Of a stretch of DNA of 64,000 nucleotides, positions 9,890 through 19,205 are shown in pieces; the stretch's first letter is position 1, and the number at the start of each line of letters is the position of its first letter. Made by a program: the position numbers and the translations under genes. This DNA comes from Nitrospirota bacterium. Lineage in GTDB: Bacteria; Nitrospirota; UBA9217. The stretch covers positions 145,777-209,776 of the forward strand of contig CAWGYL010000001.1 of the NCBI GenBank assembly GCA_963826885.1, in the 5' to 3' direction. The notes under the pieces were generated by a model. It searched no databases and was not told the origin of the DNA. It was given only the letters and a program-made list of their open reading frames with translations.

Positions 9890-11373
9890 ATACCTGTCAG
9901 ACACAGATTTACGGTGCGGAATATTCCAATGAAGAGGTCGCCGAGGCGGTCCGGAACGGCAAACTGCTTTCCATGGAAATCGAGTTCAACAGCATCTGCA
10001 ATTTCCGTTGTGTGTACTGCTATGCGGCGGAAAACGGACAGCGGCGGAACGAACTAACGGTTGAACAGTTCCAGGACGTGATCACGCAGGCAAAGGAGCT
10101 GGGGGCACGTAAAATCATCGTTCTTGGCGGCGAGCCGATGCTCTATCCCTCGATCCTGAACATGCTGCAGTTCATCAGGCGGCTCGACATGGATGTCGAA
10201 CTCTTCACCAACGGTTCAGGAATCACGCCCGAAATGGCGCAGACGCTCTACGACATGCGTGTGCGTGTCGTGCTCAAGATGAACACGTTCGACGAGAAGC
10301 TCCAGGACACGCTTTCGGGAAGAAAAGGAGCATACGATCAGATCCGCCGGGCCTTCGACAATTTGAAACAGGCGGGCTATCCATCAGTGGACCGCTTCAT
10401 GGGAGTGAGCACCGTCATCTGCCGGCAGAACATCGACGAGCTTCCCAGACTATGGGAGTGGCTCCGGGACCAGAACATCGCCCCCTATTTCGAGATGATC
10501 ACTCCTCAGGGCGGAGCCAGGGACAACAGCGCGCTTGACATCAATACGAAAGAAGCTGAGGAATTCTTCCACAAGATCGCCGAGCTTGACAGGACGAAAT
10601 ACGGCCACCACTGGGAGCCGAGGCCGCCGCTGGTAGGAGGGGTATGCTTGCGCCATCAGTTTTCCTGCGCCGTGAACTCCGAAGGCTACGTCCAGCCCTG
10701 TGTCGGGGTCACGATCCCGATCGGGAATGTGCGGGAGAAAAAACTTGCTGATATCCTGAAAGACAGTGAGGTCGTCTCGGATCTGAAAAGCTACAGGAGC
10801 ATGATAAAGGGCCCCTGCGGCAACTGCGACCATATAAGTGTATGCTACGGCTGCAGGGGGGCCGCCTACCAGCTGACTGGCGATTACCTTGCCTCGGACC
10901 CCCTTTGCTGGAGGAACCTCGATAAAAAAGACGATATCATCTATCTTCCCGTGGATGCAGCGCTGCTCGTTCCCCACAAGCCGCCGATGCTACTCATCGA
11001 CCGCCTGCTGGAAATAAAAGAGCGGTCGTCCCTGTTGGAAATGACGGTTAAGGACAACACGATCTTTGTCGGAGCTGATAACAGGCTTGACGATGTGTCG
11101 TACCCGGAGATCCTGGCCCAGGCCATTGCTGCCCAGGAAGGATTCCGGAAGCTCGGATGCCGGGATTACCAACCAGAAGGGTTTCTGCTCGGACTGAAGA
11201 ACCTGGAAATCATCGGATCAGCCAGAGTCGGGGATACGCTCCAAATCTTCGTACAAAAAGTAGCCAAGTATGGAGACTTCGGCATCATCCAGGGCGAAGT
11301 CCGGAAAGGCAATGATGTGATAGCCCGCGGCGAATTGAAAGTCTACCAGAGCGACGGCAAGGTGGCCGCATAA
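9886..11373 (+). CDS. Radical SAM/SPASM protein fused to a C-terminal hot-dog (ApeP/FabZ-like) domain
   Basis: CNFRCVYC, GGEP, VQPC, CGNC..C.GC..DPLC SPASM cysteines; the last ~140 aa contain LVPHKPPMLLID...EILAQAIAA...GFLLG. Confidence 0.88.
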   Translation: MNTCQTQIYGAEYSNEEVAEAVRNGKLLSMEIEFNSICNFRCVYCYAAENGQRRNELTVEQFQDVITQAKELGARKIIVLGGEPMLYPSILNMLQFIRRLDMDVELFTNGSGITPEMAQTLYDMRVRVVLKMNTFDEKLQDTLSGRKGAYDQIRRAFDNLKQAGYPSVDRFMGVSTVICRQNIDELPRLWEWLRDQNIAPYFEMITPQGGARDNSALDINTKEAEEFFHKIAELDRTKYGHHWEPRPPLVGGVCLRHQFSCAVNSEGYVQPCVGVTIPIGNVREKKLADILKDSEVVSDLKSYRSMIKGPCGNCDHISVCYGCRGAAYQLTGDYLASDPLCWRNLDKKDDIIYLPVDAALLVPHKPPMLLIDRLLEIKERSSLLEMTVKDNTIFVGADNRLDDVSYPEILAQAIAAQEGFRKLGCRDYQPEGFLLGLKNLEIIGSARVGDTLQIFVQKVAKYGDFGIIQGEVRKGNDVIARGELKVYQSDGKVAA

Positions 11374-12041
11374 TGGCGTGCAAGTTAATCAGGAGCATTG
11401 CCGCGGTTCTGCTGGCGGTCCTGTTGGCGTGCCCTGTTTTTGCTGGCGAAAATCCAGATGGCGAAACAGAAAACCTTGTAGCGTTCCTGAACGCCTTGGG
11501 AAAAAAGGTTTCCGATTTTAAAACCCTGAAGACCGATTTTACCCAGGAAAAGGAAATGGCCATGTTCAAGGACAAACTCGTCCTAAAGGGCCGGATTTAT
11601 CTTGAGAAGCCGAACAAAGTAGCTTGGCACGTCGATTCCCCTCTCCGTTATTCCGTTCTGATCACCGACAAACTAATCCGTCAATGGGACGAGGATACCA
11701 ACCAGGTTCAGGAAATATCCCTGACAAAAAACCCTATTTTTCAGAACGTACTCAATCAACTCACGGTTTGGTTCTCCGGAGACTACAGCTCGCTTATCGA
11801 AGGCAATGCCGTGCGCATCGTCAAGCGCGATCCGTTGGAAATTGAATTCCTCCCGTTGGAAAAGAACATCACCAAAAAAGTCATCAAGAGCATTACCATC
11901 ACGTTCCGTGACGACCAGAAATATCTCCGGCAAATCCGGATCCTGGAACAGAGCGGTGACATTACGACCATTCATTTCACCAATACCCGCTTGAATGCCC
12001 CTCTCGATAAAAGCGATTTCGAGGTAAAAGGGCATGTTTGA
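11373..12041 (+). CDS. LolA-like lipid/lipoprotein carrier
   Basis: Signal peptide; DFTQEK...GRIYLEKPNKVAW typical of the LolA-like family. Confidence 0.85.
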   Translation: MACKLIRSIAAVLLAVLLACPVFAGENPDGETENLVAFLNALGKKVSDFKTLKTDFTQEKEMAMFKDKLVLKGRIYLEKPNKVAWHVDSPLRYSVLITDKLIRQWDEDTNQVQEISLTKNPIFQNVLNQLTVWFSGDYSSLIEGNAVRIVKRDPLEIEFLPLEKNITKKVIKSITITFRDDQKYLRQIRILEQSGDITTIHFTNTRLNAPLDKSDFEVKGHV

Positions 12042-14418
12042 CCGGCTGTTTGCCTTCCTTTTTCAGTTGATCCACAATCAGAAGAGGCTGGTGATCGGGT
12101 CCGTCCTCGTTCTTACGATTGCCGCGGGAATCGGCCTGTTCTTCATACGCTACGAGGGCAATATCGACCTGATGCTGCCGCCCGACCCCGAGGTCAGCAG
12201 GAGCATCAATTTTCTTCGTGATTCCAGCCTTTCGGACAAAATCATTGTATCACTGGCGCTGACCGACCCCACCAAAAGCAAGAAGGACCTCTTTCTCGCG
12301 GCCGACGAACTTGCCGCATCGCTCAGGCCGCCGCTTTTTACGAAAGTCCTCTCGGGTTTTTCCGTGGCCGACGTGATGGAGGAATTCTCTCTTCTCCAGT
12401 ATGCTCCCCAAGTCCTGGACAAAGAGGATCTTGATTCGATCAACAAGGACATTACCGCTCCCCGGGTGTCCGAGAGGCTTAGCGCCATTTACCGGCAGTC
12501 GCTCCGTCCTGAAAGCATCTTCATGTCGTCGCTCTCCCGGACCGACCCGCTCAACATCAAAATGCTTATCCTTGCCAAACTGCGCGCGCTTCCCGCTTCG
12601 ATGGGATACGACGTAGCCATTGAGGAAGGCCACTTTATCAGTCGCGACGGGCGTCATGCAATGCTGATCCTTCAGACGCCGGTCCCGGTAATGGACGGTC
12701 AGCGAAGCAAAGAGCTCGTCACGGAACTGGAAAACAGACTTCATGAACTCCCCGGATACGTTAAGGCCGATATGGTCGGCGGCCATCTGCATACGGTTAG
12801 CAATGAACGGGTAATGAAGCGGGACATCAAGGTCGCATCGGCCATTGCATCCATAGCGTTCCTTCTGCTTTTCATCATAGTCTTCCGGGATGCGCGGGCG
12901 CTCTTCGTGTTTGTCATTCCCCTGATAGCCGTGGCTTGGGCCATCATCATCGCAACGTGCATCGAAGGACGGCTGTCATACCTCGTGATCGGCTTCGGTA
13001 CCGCCATTGCCGGCATATCGATCGATTACGGGCTTCTCGTGTATATCGCCATGAAGCGGGGAGCCGACGCCGCACAGACCGTGAAGCTGGCGAAGCTGGT
13101 AAGCATCGACGCGCTCACGACGATGTTCAGTTTTGCCGTGCTCTATTTATCCATGATTCGCGGGTACCACCAGCTGGCCCTGTTTTCGGTTCTCTGCGTG
13201 GCCATCTGCCTGATGCTTTCCCTGTTCGTGCTACCCTTGCTGTTGTCGTGGAAGCAGTACGCGATTGTATCCGATCCCACTATCGGTGACCGCCTCAAAT
13301 CGTTTCGCTGGCCAACGAAGCTGAGTGTCGTCGTCTGGGCGCTGCTTACGCTGTGCGCATTCGTGCTTTCGTTCTCGATCCGCTTTGACAGCGATGTGAA
13401 AAAATTGGATGGAAGCGAACCGGCAGTGCTCCAGGCGGAGCAGAGGTTCCACGAAGTGTGGGGCGGGAAAACCAATCAGGCCATCCTGGTTGTGCAGGGA
13501 GCAACCTATGAAGAAGCAATGGAAAAGAACGACATCGTATACCGTGAGGCCGCCAGGGCCATCGGAGCCGGGAACATCTCCAGTCTTGCTTTGTTCTGGC
13601 CCTCTGAAAAGACGCGAAAAGACAACAGTGAACAGTGGGACCGGTTCTGGAGAGAGGGAAGGGGAAAAAAACTGAAAAGGCTGATCAACGGGGCATCATC
13701 GGCCTACGGTTTTTCAGACCGGGCGTTTACCCCGTTCTTCGATGGCTTATACCTGCATGATGTTAACGAAGAAAACCCGAATGGCGTCATTGCCCGGCTG
13801 CAGGAACGATTCGTGCTCAGGAAAAATGATTCGGTCAGCATCCTTTCCTTTTTCCCTGATGAGCAAAAGCCTTTTGAAGCCCTGAAGGATATAGCGGATA
13901 AACATCAGGGCGCATTTATCGTTTCCGGAAGGGCGATGTCTTCGTCCATTTCCGATTTTACCTCAAAGGAAATGAGAATCCTGGCGCCGGCTGCGATCCT
14001 GTTCAACGTGGTACTCGCCTGGCTCTTCTTCAGGAACTGGACGGAAACGTTTATATCGCTCGTCCCCCTGCTTACCGGCGTTGTCTGGCTGACGGGGCTC
14101 ATGGCGTTCTTTAAGATGCCGCTCAATGTAGTGAACGTCATAGCTGCGATCATAACAACCGGCGTCATTGTCGACTACGGCCTCGGGATGACTTACGAAT
14201 ACCGGTATAACCTGCGCATCGGCACGGTCATGGCGGTCACGCTTTCCGCAGTCACCAACGTCATCGGAGCGGGGGCCTTGCTTTTTGCCAGACATCCGGC
14301 GCTGCATTCAACGGCTGTGGCCATGGTCATCTGCATGGTGTCCGGATACCTTTCTTCCATTATCGTGGTTCCGTCCCTTTGCAGTATCCTGGGAGCGACG
14401 AAGAATGGCGGTCACTAA
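12034..14418 (+). CDS. MMPL/RND-family lipid exporter
   Basis: 794 aa, two TM bundles with GISIDYG / GVIVDYG motifs and large soluble loops. Confidence 0.88.
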   Translation: MFDRLFAFLFQLIHNQKRLVIGSVLVLTIAAGIGLFFIRYEGNIDLMLPPDPEVSRSINFLRDSSLSDKIIVSLALTDPTKSKKDLFLAADELAASLRPPLFTKVLSGFSVADVMEEFSLLQYAPQVLDKEDLDSINKDITAPRVSERLSAIYRQSLRPESIFMSSLSRTDPLNIKMLILAKLRALPASMGYDVAIEEGHFISRDGRHAMLILQTPVPVMDGQRSKELVTELENRLHELPGYVKADMVGGHLHTVSNERVMKRDIKVASAIASIAFLLLFIIVFRDARALFVFVIPLIAVAWAIIIATCIEGRLSYLVIGFGTAIAGISIDYGLLVYIAMKRGADAAQTVKLAKLVSIDALTTMFSFAVLYLSMIRGYHQLALFSVLCVAICLMLSLFVLPLLLSWKQYAIVSDPTIGDRLKSFRWPTKLSVVVWALLTLCAFVLSFSIRFDSDVKKLDGSEPAVLQAEQRFHEVWGGKTNQAILVVQGATYEEAMEKNDIVYREAARAIGAGNISSLALFWPSEKTRKDNSEQWDRFWREGRGKKLKRLINGASSAYGFSDRAFTPFFDGLYLHDVNEENPNGVIARLQERFVLRKNDSVSILSFFPDEQKPFEALKDIADKHQGAFIVSGRAMSSSISDFTSKEMRILAPAAILFNVVLAWLFFRNWTETFISLVPLLTGVVWLTGLMAFFKMPLNVVNVIAAIITTGVIVDYGLGMTYEYRYNLRIGTVMAVTLSAVTNVIGAGALLFARHPALHSTAVAMVICMVSGYLSSIIVVPSLCSILGATKNGGH

Positions 14419-14419
14419 A

Positions 14420-15079
14420 ATGAGAACGCCAGCCTTGGTCATACTCCTGCTCGTTGCAGGATGCAGCGCTGTTCCTTTTCAAGAAACGGCCCGGGTACCA
14501 ATGGCGCCGGAGGCGCCTCGCAGCGTTGTCGAGCGATTTCAAGAACACATGCCGGACATTTTTCAATTGCTCAATACTGTTGTTTTTGAGTATAATTGGC
14601 GCAAGTTTGTTGGCATCGGCTCCATTGAAATCAACAGACGCGACTACCTGTTCAGGGTCGTGTGTCTCAACCCCATGGGCGTAAAATTGTTCGAACTTGA
14701 GGGAAACCGGGATAGGATTGTTCCCGTTTACTCGATCGCGGCATTCAGTAAATACGGCAATATCGCTTCCGTGGTTGGCACCGACATTAAGCGGATTTAC
14801 TTTGATCTAATACCTTCCACTGATGCGAGGATATGGAGAACAAGGTACAGCATCAGTTTCCGTCAAGCCTCAGGCGACGAAACGTTAGAGTATCTCTTTG
14901 CAGGAAAACAGGGTGACCTCGTCGAGAAGAATTATTACGACGGCAGCGGCCTTGCCTGGCGAGTTTCGTACTATGAGTATCAGGAACAGAGCGGCAAGCG
15001 GTTTCCCCGCGGAATTGTGCTGTTGAACTATCAGCACGGCTATCGCTTGATCGTACGGCAAAAGGAGTTCCATTCTTGA
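14420..15079 (+). CDS. Lipoprotein, DUF3261/LolB-like
   Basis: Lipobox VAG-C after hydrophobic stretch; PMGVKLFEL segment; usual position in aryl-polyene-type clusters. Confidence 0.6.
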   Translation: MRTPALVILLLVAGCSAVPFQETARVPMAPEAPRSVVERFQEHMPDIFQLLNTVVFEYNWRKFVGIGSIEINRRDYLFRVVCLNPMGVKLFELEGNRDRIVPVYSIAAFSKYGNIASVVGTDIKRIYFDLIPSTDARIWRTRYSISFRQASGDETLEYLFAGKQGDLVEKNYYDGSGLAWRVSYYEYQEQSGKRFPRGIVLLNYQHGYRLIVRQKEFHS

Positions 15080-15465
15080 GATCAATCAGGAAAGAAATCG
15101 AACAGTACATGACGGACCTGGCTTCCGAGGGGCAGACGCTGACGTCGCGCTTTGTATTCCCCGATGAATTCGTGGGGTTCCAGGGACATTTTCCCGGGAA
15201 GAAGATCCTGCCCGGCGTATGCCAGATCCAATGCGCACTCACGACGCTTGAAAAAGTGCACAAGAAGAGGGTGATTCTGAAACAGATCGCTCTTGCAAAG
15301 TATCTGGCTCCGGTATCGCCAGGGGAGGAAGTGATCTTTGTCTGCAGAATCTTGCCGCAGGACGATGGTCAGCTCACGGTGAAAGCGATCGCATCGAAGA
15401 ACAACACGAAAATTTCGGAGCTCAAACTCCAAGTCCGCTTCGCGGAAGAAGGCAGCGGCTGCTAG
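15076..15465 (+). CDS. 3-hydroxyacyl-ACP dehydratase (ApeI/FabZ-like)
   Basis: FQGHFPGKKILPGVCQ catalytic His motif. Confidence 0.88.
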   Translation: MRSIRKEIEQYMTDLASEGQTLTSRFVFPDEFVGFQGHFPGKKILPGVCQIQCALTTLEKVHKKRVILKQIALAKYLAPVSPGEEVIFVCRILPQDDGQLTVKAIASKNNTKISELKLQVRFAEEGSGC

Positions 15466-15466
15466 G

Positions 15467-15952
15467 ATGAAGACGCGGAGAAAGACATCCTACTTCGAAC
15501 GGATCCCGGGCGCGCCCGATCCGATTGTCGTTGAAATAAAACGGCGTGTGCGTTTCAATGAGGCCGACCCTATGGCGATCGTCTGGCACGGACGGTACCC
15601 GCTCTATTTTGAAGAGGCTTCGGAGGAATTGGGCAGACGATGCGGATTGTCCTATCCGGAATATTTCAAGGCTGGTCTGCGCGCGCCGATCGTCGAACTG
15701 CATATTGATTACATCAAGCCGCTTTTCCTTGATGATGAATTTATCATCAAGGCATCGCTGATCTGGAATGAAGGCGCCCGGTTGAATACAGAATTCCACC
15801 TGTTCAAGCAGGATGGAAGTCTTGCGACGAGCGGCTACATGGTGCAATTGTTCATCAACCATCAGTCGGGAGAGCCCTATATGGTCTCACCGGAGTTGCT
15901 GGAGCGGTGCCGTAAAAGATGGAAAGCAGGAGAGCTTCATCATCGTTTATGA
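15467..15952 (+). CDS. Acyl-CoA/ACP thioesterase (4HBT/YbgC, ApeK-like)
   Basis: RVRFNEADPMAIVWHGRY..YFE motif. Confidence 0.88.
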   Translation: MKTRRKTSYFERIPGAPDPIVVEIKRRVRFNEADPMAIVWHGRYPLYFEEASEELGRRCGLSYPEYFKAGLRAPIVELHIDYIKPLFLDDEFIIKASLIWNEGARLNTEFHLFKQDGSLATSGYMVQLFINHQSGEPYMVSPELLERCRKRWKAGELHHRL

Positions 15953-17073
15953 GAGCCTTAGTCGTTGCATCGGATGTGATAACGCCTTACGGTATGGGCA
16001 TCGATGTCTGCTGGCAGGGCATTATGTCGGGAAGGACGGCGATCTCGCCGGTTACGCGGTTTAATACCAGCGCCTTTCAGTCAAGTGTGGCAGCCACGGT
16101 TAGCGGCCTCGAATACCGCGGCCGCGAGTCCCTGGTCATGCAGATGTTTGGTGCCCTTTTTCAGCAGAACAACGCCGCGATCCCGGAGGACGCGAAACTG
16201 GTTCTGGCTACGACGAAAGGCGAGGTCGATTTTCTGGAAAAAAGCGTGCTTGAAGGCAGCGGCGATGCGGCGGAGAGCGTGATAAGCCGGCTGCTGGAAA
16301 AAGTAGCTGTATTAACGGGCGTCCGGGGCGCGGGCATGGTGGTGTCAGCGGCATGCACATCTTCCGCTGCTGCTGCGGCGCGGGCGGCAGCTATGATCAG
16401 AAACGGCCATGCTGATTGTGTGCTGGTTGTGGCCTGCGATGGCGTAACGGAGTTTATTTTTTCAGGGTTCTCGTCGCTCATGGCCCTGGATAAGGCACCT
16501 GCTAGGCCCTTTGATAAAAACAGGGCCGGTTTGAGCATCGGGGAGGCAGCGGCATTCGCGCTGGTCATGAGCGAGGACCGGGCCCTCCGGGAAAACCGCC
16601 GGGTTCTGGGAGAGATCTCGGGCTGGGGTTTGAGCGACGATGCGAACCACATGACCGGACCATCCCGTGAAAGCAAGGGGCTAATCCTTGCCGTCACCAA
16701 GGCGCTGGCATCTGCAGGAATAAGCGCCGAAGATATCGGGTTCATTGCCGCGCACGGAACCGGGACCGTATACAATGACGCCATGGAAATGCGGGCATTT
16801 CATGGGGTATTCAGGAACGGTGCTGTTCCGCTCTACTCCCTCAAAGGGGGAATCGGTCACACCATGGGGGCGGCCGGGCTCGTGGAGATGATCATGGCGT
16901 TGCGGTCGCTGAGAGAGGGCATTGTACTTCCGACGGTCAACATGAAGGAACCTGATGCGGATGCACTTGGCTGGGTATCGGACATCAAGCGTCCAGCTGG
17001 ACGCGGCAGAAAGGCTCTCGTGACGAACGCCGGATTCAGTGGAGTAAACACGGCGCTAGTGCTGACGAAATGA
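15949..17073 (+). CDS. Beta-ketoacyl-ACP synthase (KS2)
   Basis: SAACTSS, IAAHGTGT, KGGIGHTMG; ATGA overlap with the upstream stop. Confidence 0.93.
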   Translation: MRALVVASDVITPYGMGIDVCWQGIMSGRTAISPVTRFNTSAFQSSVAATVSGLEYRGRESLVMQMFGALFQQNNAAIPEDAKLVLATTKGEVDFLEKSVLEGSGDAAESVISRLLEKVAVLTGVRGAGMVVSAACTSSAAAAARAAAMIRNGHADCVLVVACDGVTEFIFSGFSSLMALDKAPARPFDKNRAGLSIGEAAAFALVMSEDRALRENRRVLGEISGWGLSDDANHMTGPSRESKGLILAVTKALASAGISAEDIGFIAAHGTGTVYNDAMEMRAFHGVFRNGAVPLYSLKGGIGHTMGAAGLVEMIMALRSLREGIVLPTVNMKEPDADALGWVSDIKRPAGRGRKALVTNAGFSGVNTALVLTK

Positions 17074-17263
17074 AAAGCTCATAAGACAGATTATTAGCAT
17101 AAACCAGTATTCGGAACAGGATTGAACCGGTGAACGTGAACCGCGAGGGTCGCGAAGGTAAAGAGTCAGGCCGGAATTTAATTTAAATTGAAAGACGCAC
17201 ATTGGTCCAGCGCGACGATCGCGGTGCCGCTTCTCCCATTCTGAGAAGAATTCGCTTATCCAC

Positions 17264-17947
17264 ATGATCACTGTTTCAGGCATAGGATGGCTCACAAACG
17301 TGGGGTACGGGGGGGTACGGCGCCGCCAACGCCTAATGTACGATAACGGCGAAGGGGTGAATTCCTTGCCCAGGCGGGGAATCTTTTCCCATTCCTTTAA
17401 AAACTTCGGACGGCTCGACGCAATATCGCGGATGACCACCTATGCGGTGGCGCTTGCTGTGCAGGATGCAGGCATCAAGTATTTACCCGGACTCAAGCAG
17501 GATATCGGCATCATCGGAACGAATGCCGAGGGATCGCTCCAGGCAGACCTGGCCTATTTCAAGGACTATGTTGAAAGCGGACGAACGCTTTCGCGGGGGA
17601 GCCTGTTTATTTACACTCTTCCGTCGAGCCCTGTCGGCGAGGCGGCGATCCATTTCGGGTTCCTCGGGCCGTTGCTGTATGTCTGGGGACTGGACAATTC
17701 ACTTGTCGCCGTACTCGATATCGCCCAGGATATGATCACTGCCGGAGAGACACCGATCATACTGGCGGGAAAAGCGGAAGAGTCAGAAGCTGTTTTTTTT
17801 GTTCTTGAAAGCAGTCCCGGGCAGGGTGAGGCAGGTTCAGGCGACCTGGAGGATGTCAGGGAGATCGTGAAAGAAACGCCTGGTGTGGCCTCGATGATAC
17901 AGGAACTGTCACTGTTAACCGCTAGAAAGGCATCGTGTGAAGATTAA
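17264..17947 (+). CDS. Ketosynthase N-terminal-like chain-length factor (CLF1)
   Basis: FGRLDAISR, LFIYTLPSS; truncated KS fold with no catalytic Cys/His. Confidence 0.78.
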   Translation: MITVSGIGWLTNVGYGGVRRRQRLMYDNGEGVNSLPRRGIFSHSFKNFGRLDAISRMTTYAVALAVQDAGIKYLPGLKQDIGIIGTNAEGSLQADLAYFKDYVESGRTLSRGSLFIYTLPSSPVGEAAIHFGFLGPLLYVWGLDNSLVAVLDIAQDMITAGETPIILAGKAEESEAVFFVLESSPGQGEAGSGDLEDVREIVKETPGVASMIQELSLLTARKASCED

Positions 17948-19205
17948 ACTAATTTATCCCCAATGGCCAAAACTGGATCGCCAGACAGAATTTCATCTTC
18001 CGCCCCATGGGCCGATTTGCTTCGCCGCAACGATACCTGATGACGCGGAGGTGTCCTTCTACGATGAGCATGTACAGGCTATCGATTTTGATTCGCCGGC
18101 GGACCTTGTGGCGATTTCCTGTATGCTCACCTGCCAGATCCAGCACGGATGGGAGATTGCGGATCAGTTCCGTGCCCGGGGCGTGCCCGTGATCTTCGGC
18201 GGCATCGCGACCATGCTCCATGCCGAGGAAACAATGAAGCATGCTGACTCGGTCTTTCTTGGCGAGACGGAAGGCCGCTTCAGCTTCGTTCTGGAGGACC
18301 TGAAAAAGAACCAGTTGAAAAAAAAATACGACTATCAGTGGAAGTTCCCCGACATCTCCCTTGTCGGTCCGGCTCGCAGAAACATTCTGAACCGCCCACT
18401 CTACAATTATCGCGGAGTGCAGATGGTGGACCTCATCCATGCATCGCGCGGCTGCAGGTTCAACTGCTTCCCCTGCTGTACGCCGTTCCTTGGCGGACGC
18501 GAGTTCCGTCCCCGTCCCGTTGATGACGTGATCAGCGAGATCGCGACCATAGAAAATAACCGCCTGTTCTTTGTTGATAATTCGATGGCTCAGAATGACC
18601 AGTGGGAAAAGGACTTGTTTCGTGCGTTAATCCCGCTTAAAAAGAAGTGGGTCTGTCATCCCATAAAGGACAATGATGAGATCCTGGACCTTGCCGCCGA
18701 AGCCGGATGCTGGTACGTATACCAAGCCATTTTAGACACCTCGGACCATATCAGAAAACGGGTCAAAAGGCTGCAGGAACGGGGCATCGGCGTTGAAGGG
18801 ACGATCATCCTCGGCACCGACGAACAGGATGAGGACTATGTGAAGCGGCTCGTCGACTTCCTGCTTGAGATTAAGCTGGATCTTGCCGAGTTCACGATTC
18901 TTACGCCCTTTCCCCATACCCCGATCCGGGAGACGTTGCAGAAAGAGGGGAGAATCCTCTCCAATGACTGGCGGCACTACACGGGCGGCGAGGTGGTCTA
19001 TCAGCCCGCGAAAATGACGGCGGAGAAGCTGCAGGACCTCTACTACTATGCTTGGGACAGGTTCTACAGCGACAGCAGCCAAAACCTCAAGATGGCGAAA
19101 CTCTTCCTGAAGGTCATCGAAAAGGAAAAAGCGGACGGAACGTACCAGGGTGGTCACCTCCGGCGCAGAAAATGGCAGAAGGATGAGACCGAAGGGAAAG
19201 TATGA
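17937..19205 (+). CDS. Cobalamin-dependent radical SAM protein
   Basis: N-terminal B12-binding-type domain (VIFGGIAT, VFLGETE), SRGCRFNCFPC, ILTPFPHT. Confidence 0.9.
   Translation: MKIKLIYPQWPKLDRQTEFHLPPHGPICFAATIPDDAEVSFYDEHVQAIDFDSPADLVAISCMLTCQIQHGWEIADQFRARGVPVIFGGIATMLHAEETMKHADSVFLGETEGRFSFVLEDLKKNQLKKKYDYQWKFPDISLVGPARRNILNRPLYNYRGVQMVDLIHASRGCRFNCFPCCTPFLGGREFRPRPVDDVISEIATIENNRLFFVDNSMAQNDQWEKDLFRALIPLKKKWVCHPIKDNDEILDLAAEAGCWYVYQAILDTSDHIRKRVKRLQERGIGVEGTIILGTDEQDEDYVKRLVDFLLEIKLDLAEFTILTPFPHTPIRETLQKEGRILSNDWRHYTGGEVVYQPAKMTAEKLQDLYYYAWDRFYSDSSQNLKMAKLFLKVIEKEKADGTYQGGHLRRRKWQKDETEGKV

Noticed and set aside
9886-11373. RiPP pathway around the SPASM enzyme
   Set aside because: No credible precursor peptide, RRE/PqqD domain or peptidase; the context is entirely lipid/PKS.
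17074-17263. Cobalamin riboswitch ahead of the B12-rSAM genes (also checked 22951-23166)
   Set aside because: No B12-box or GGGAA/GCCACTG core recognised.
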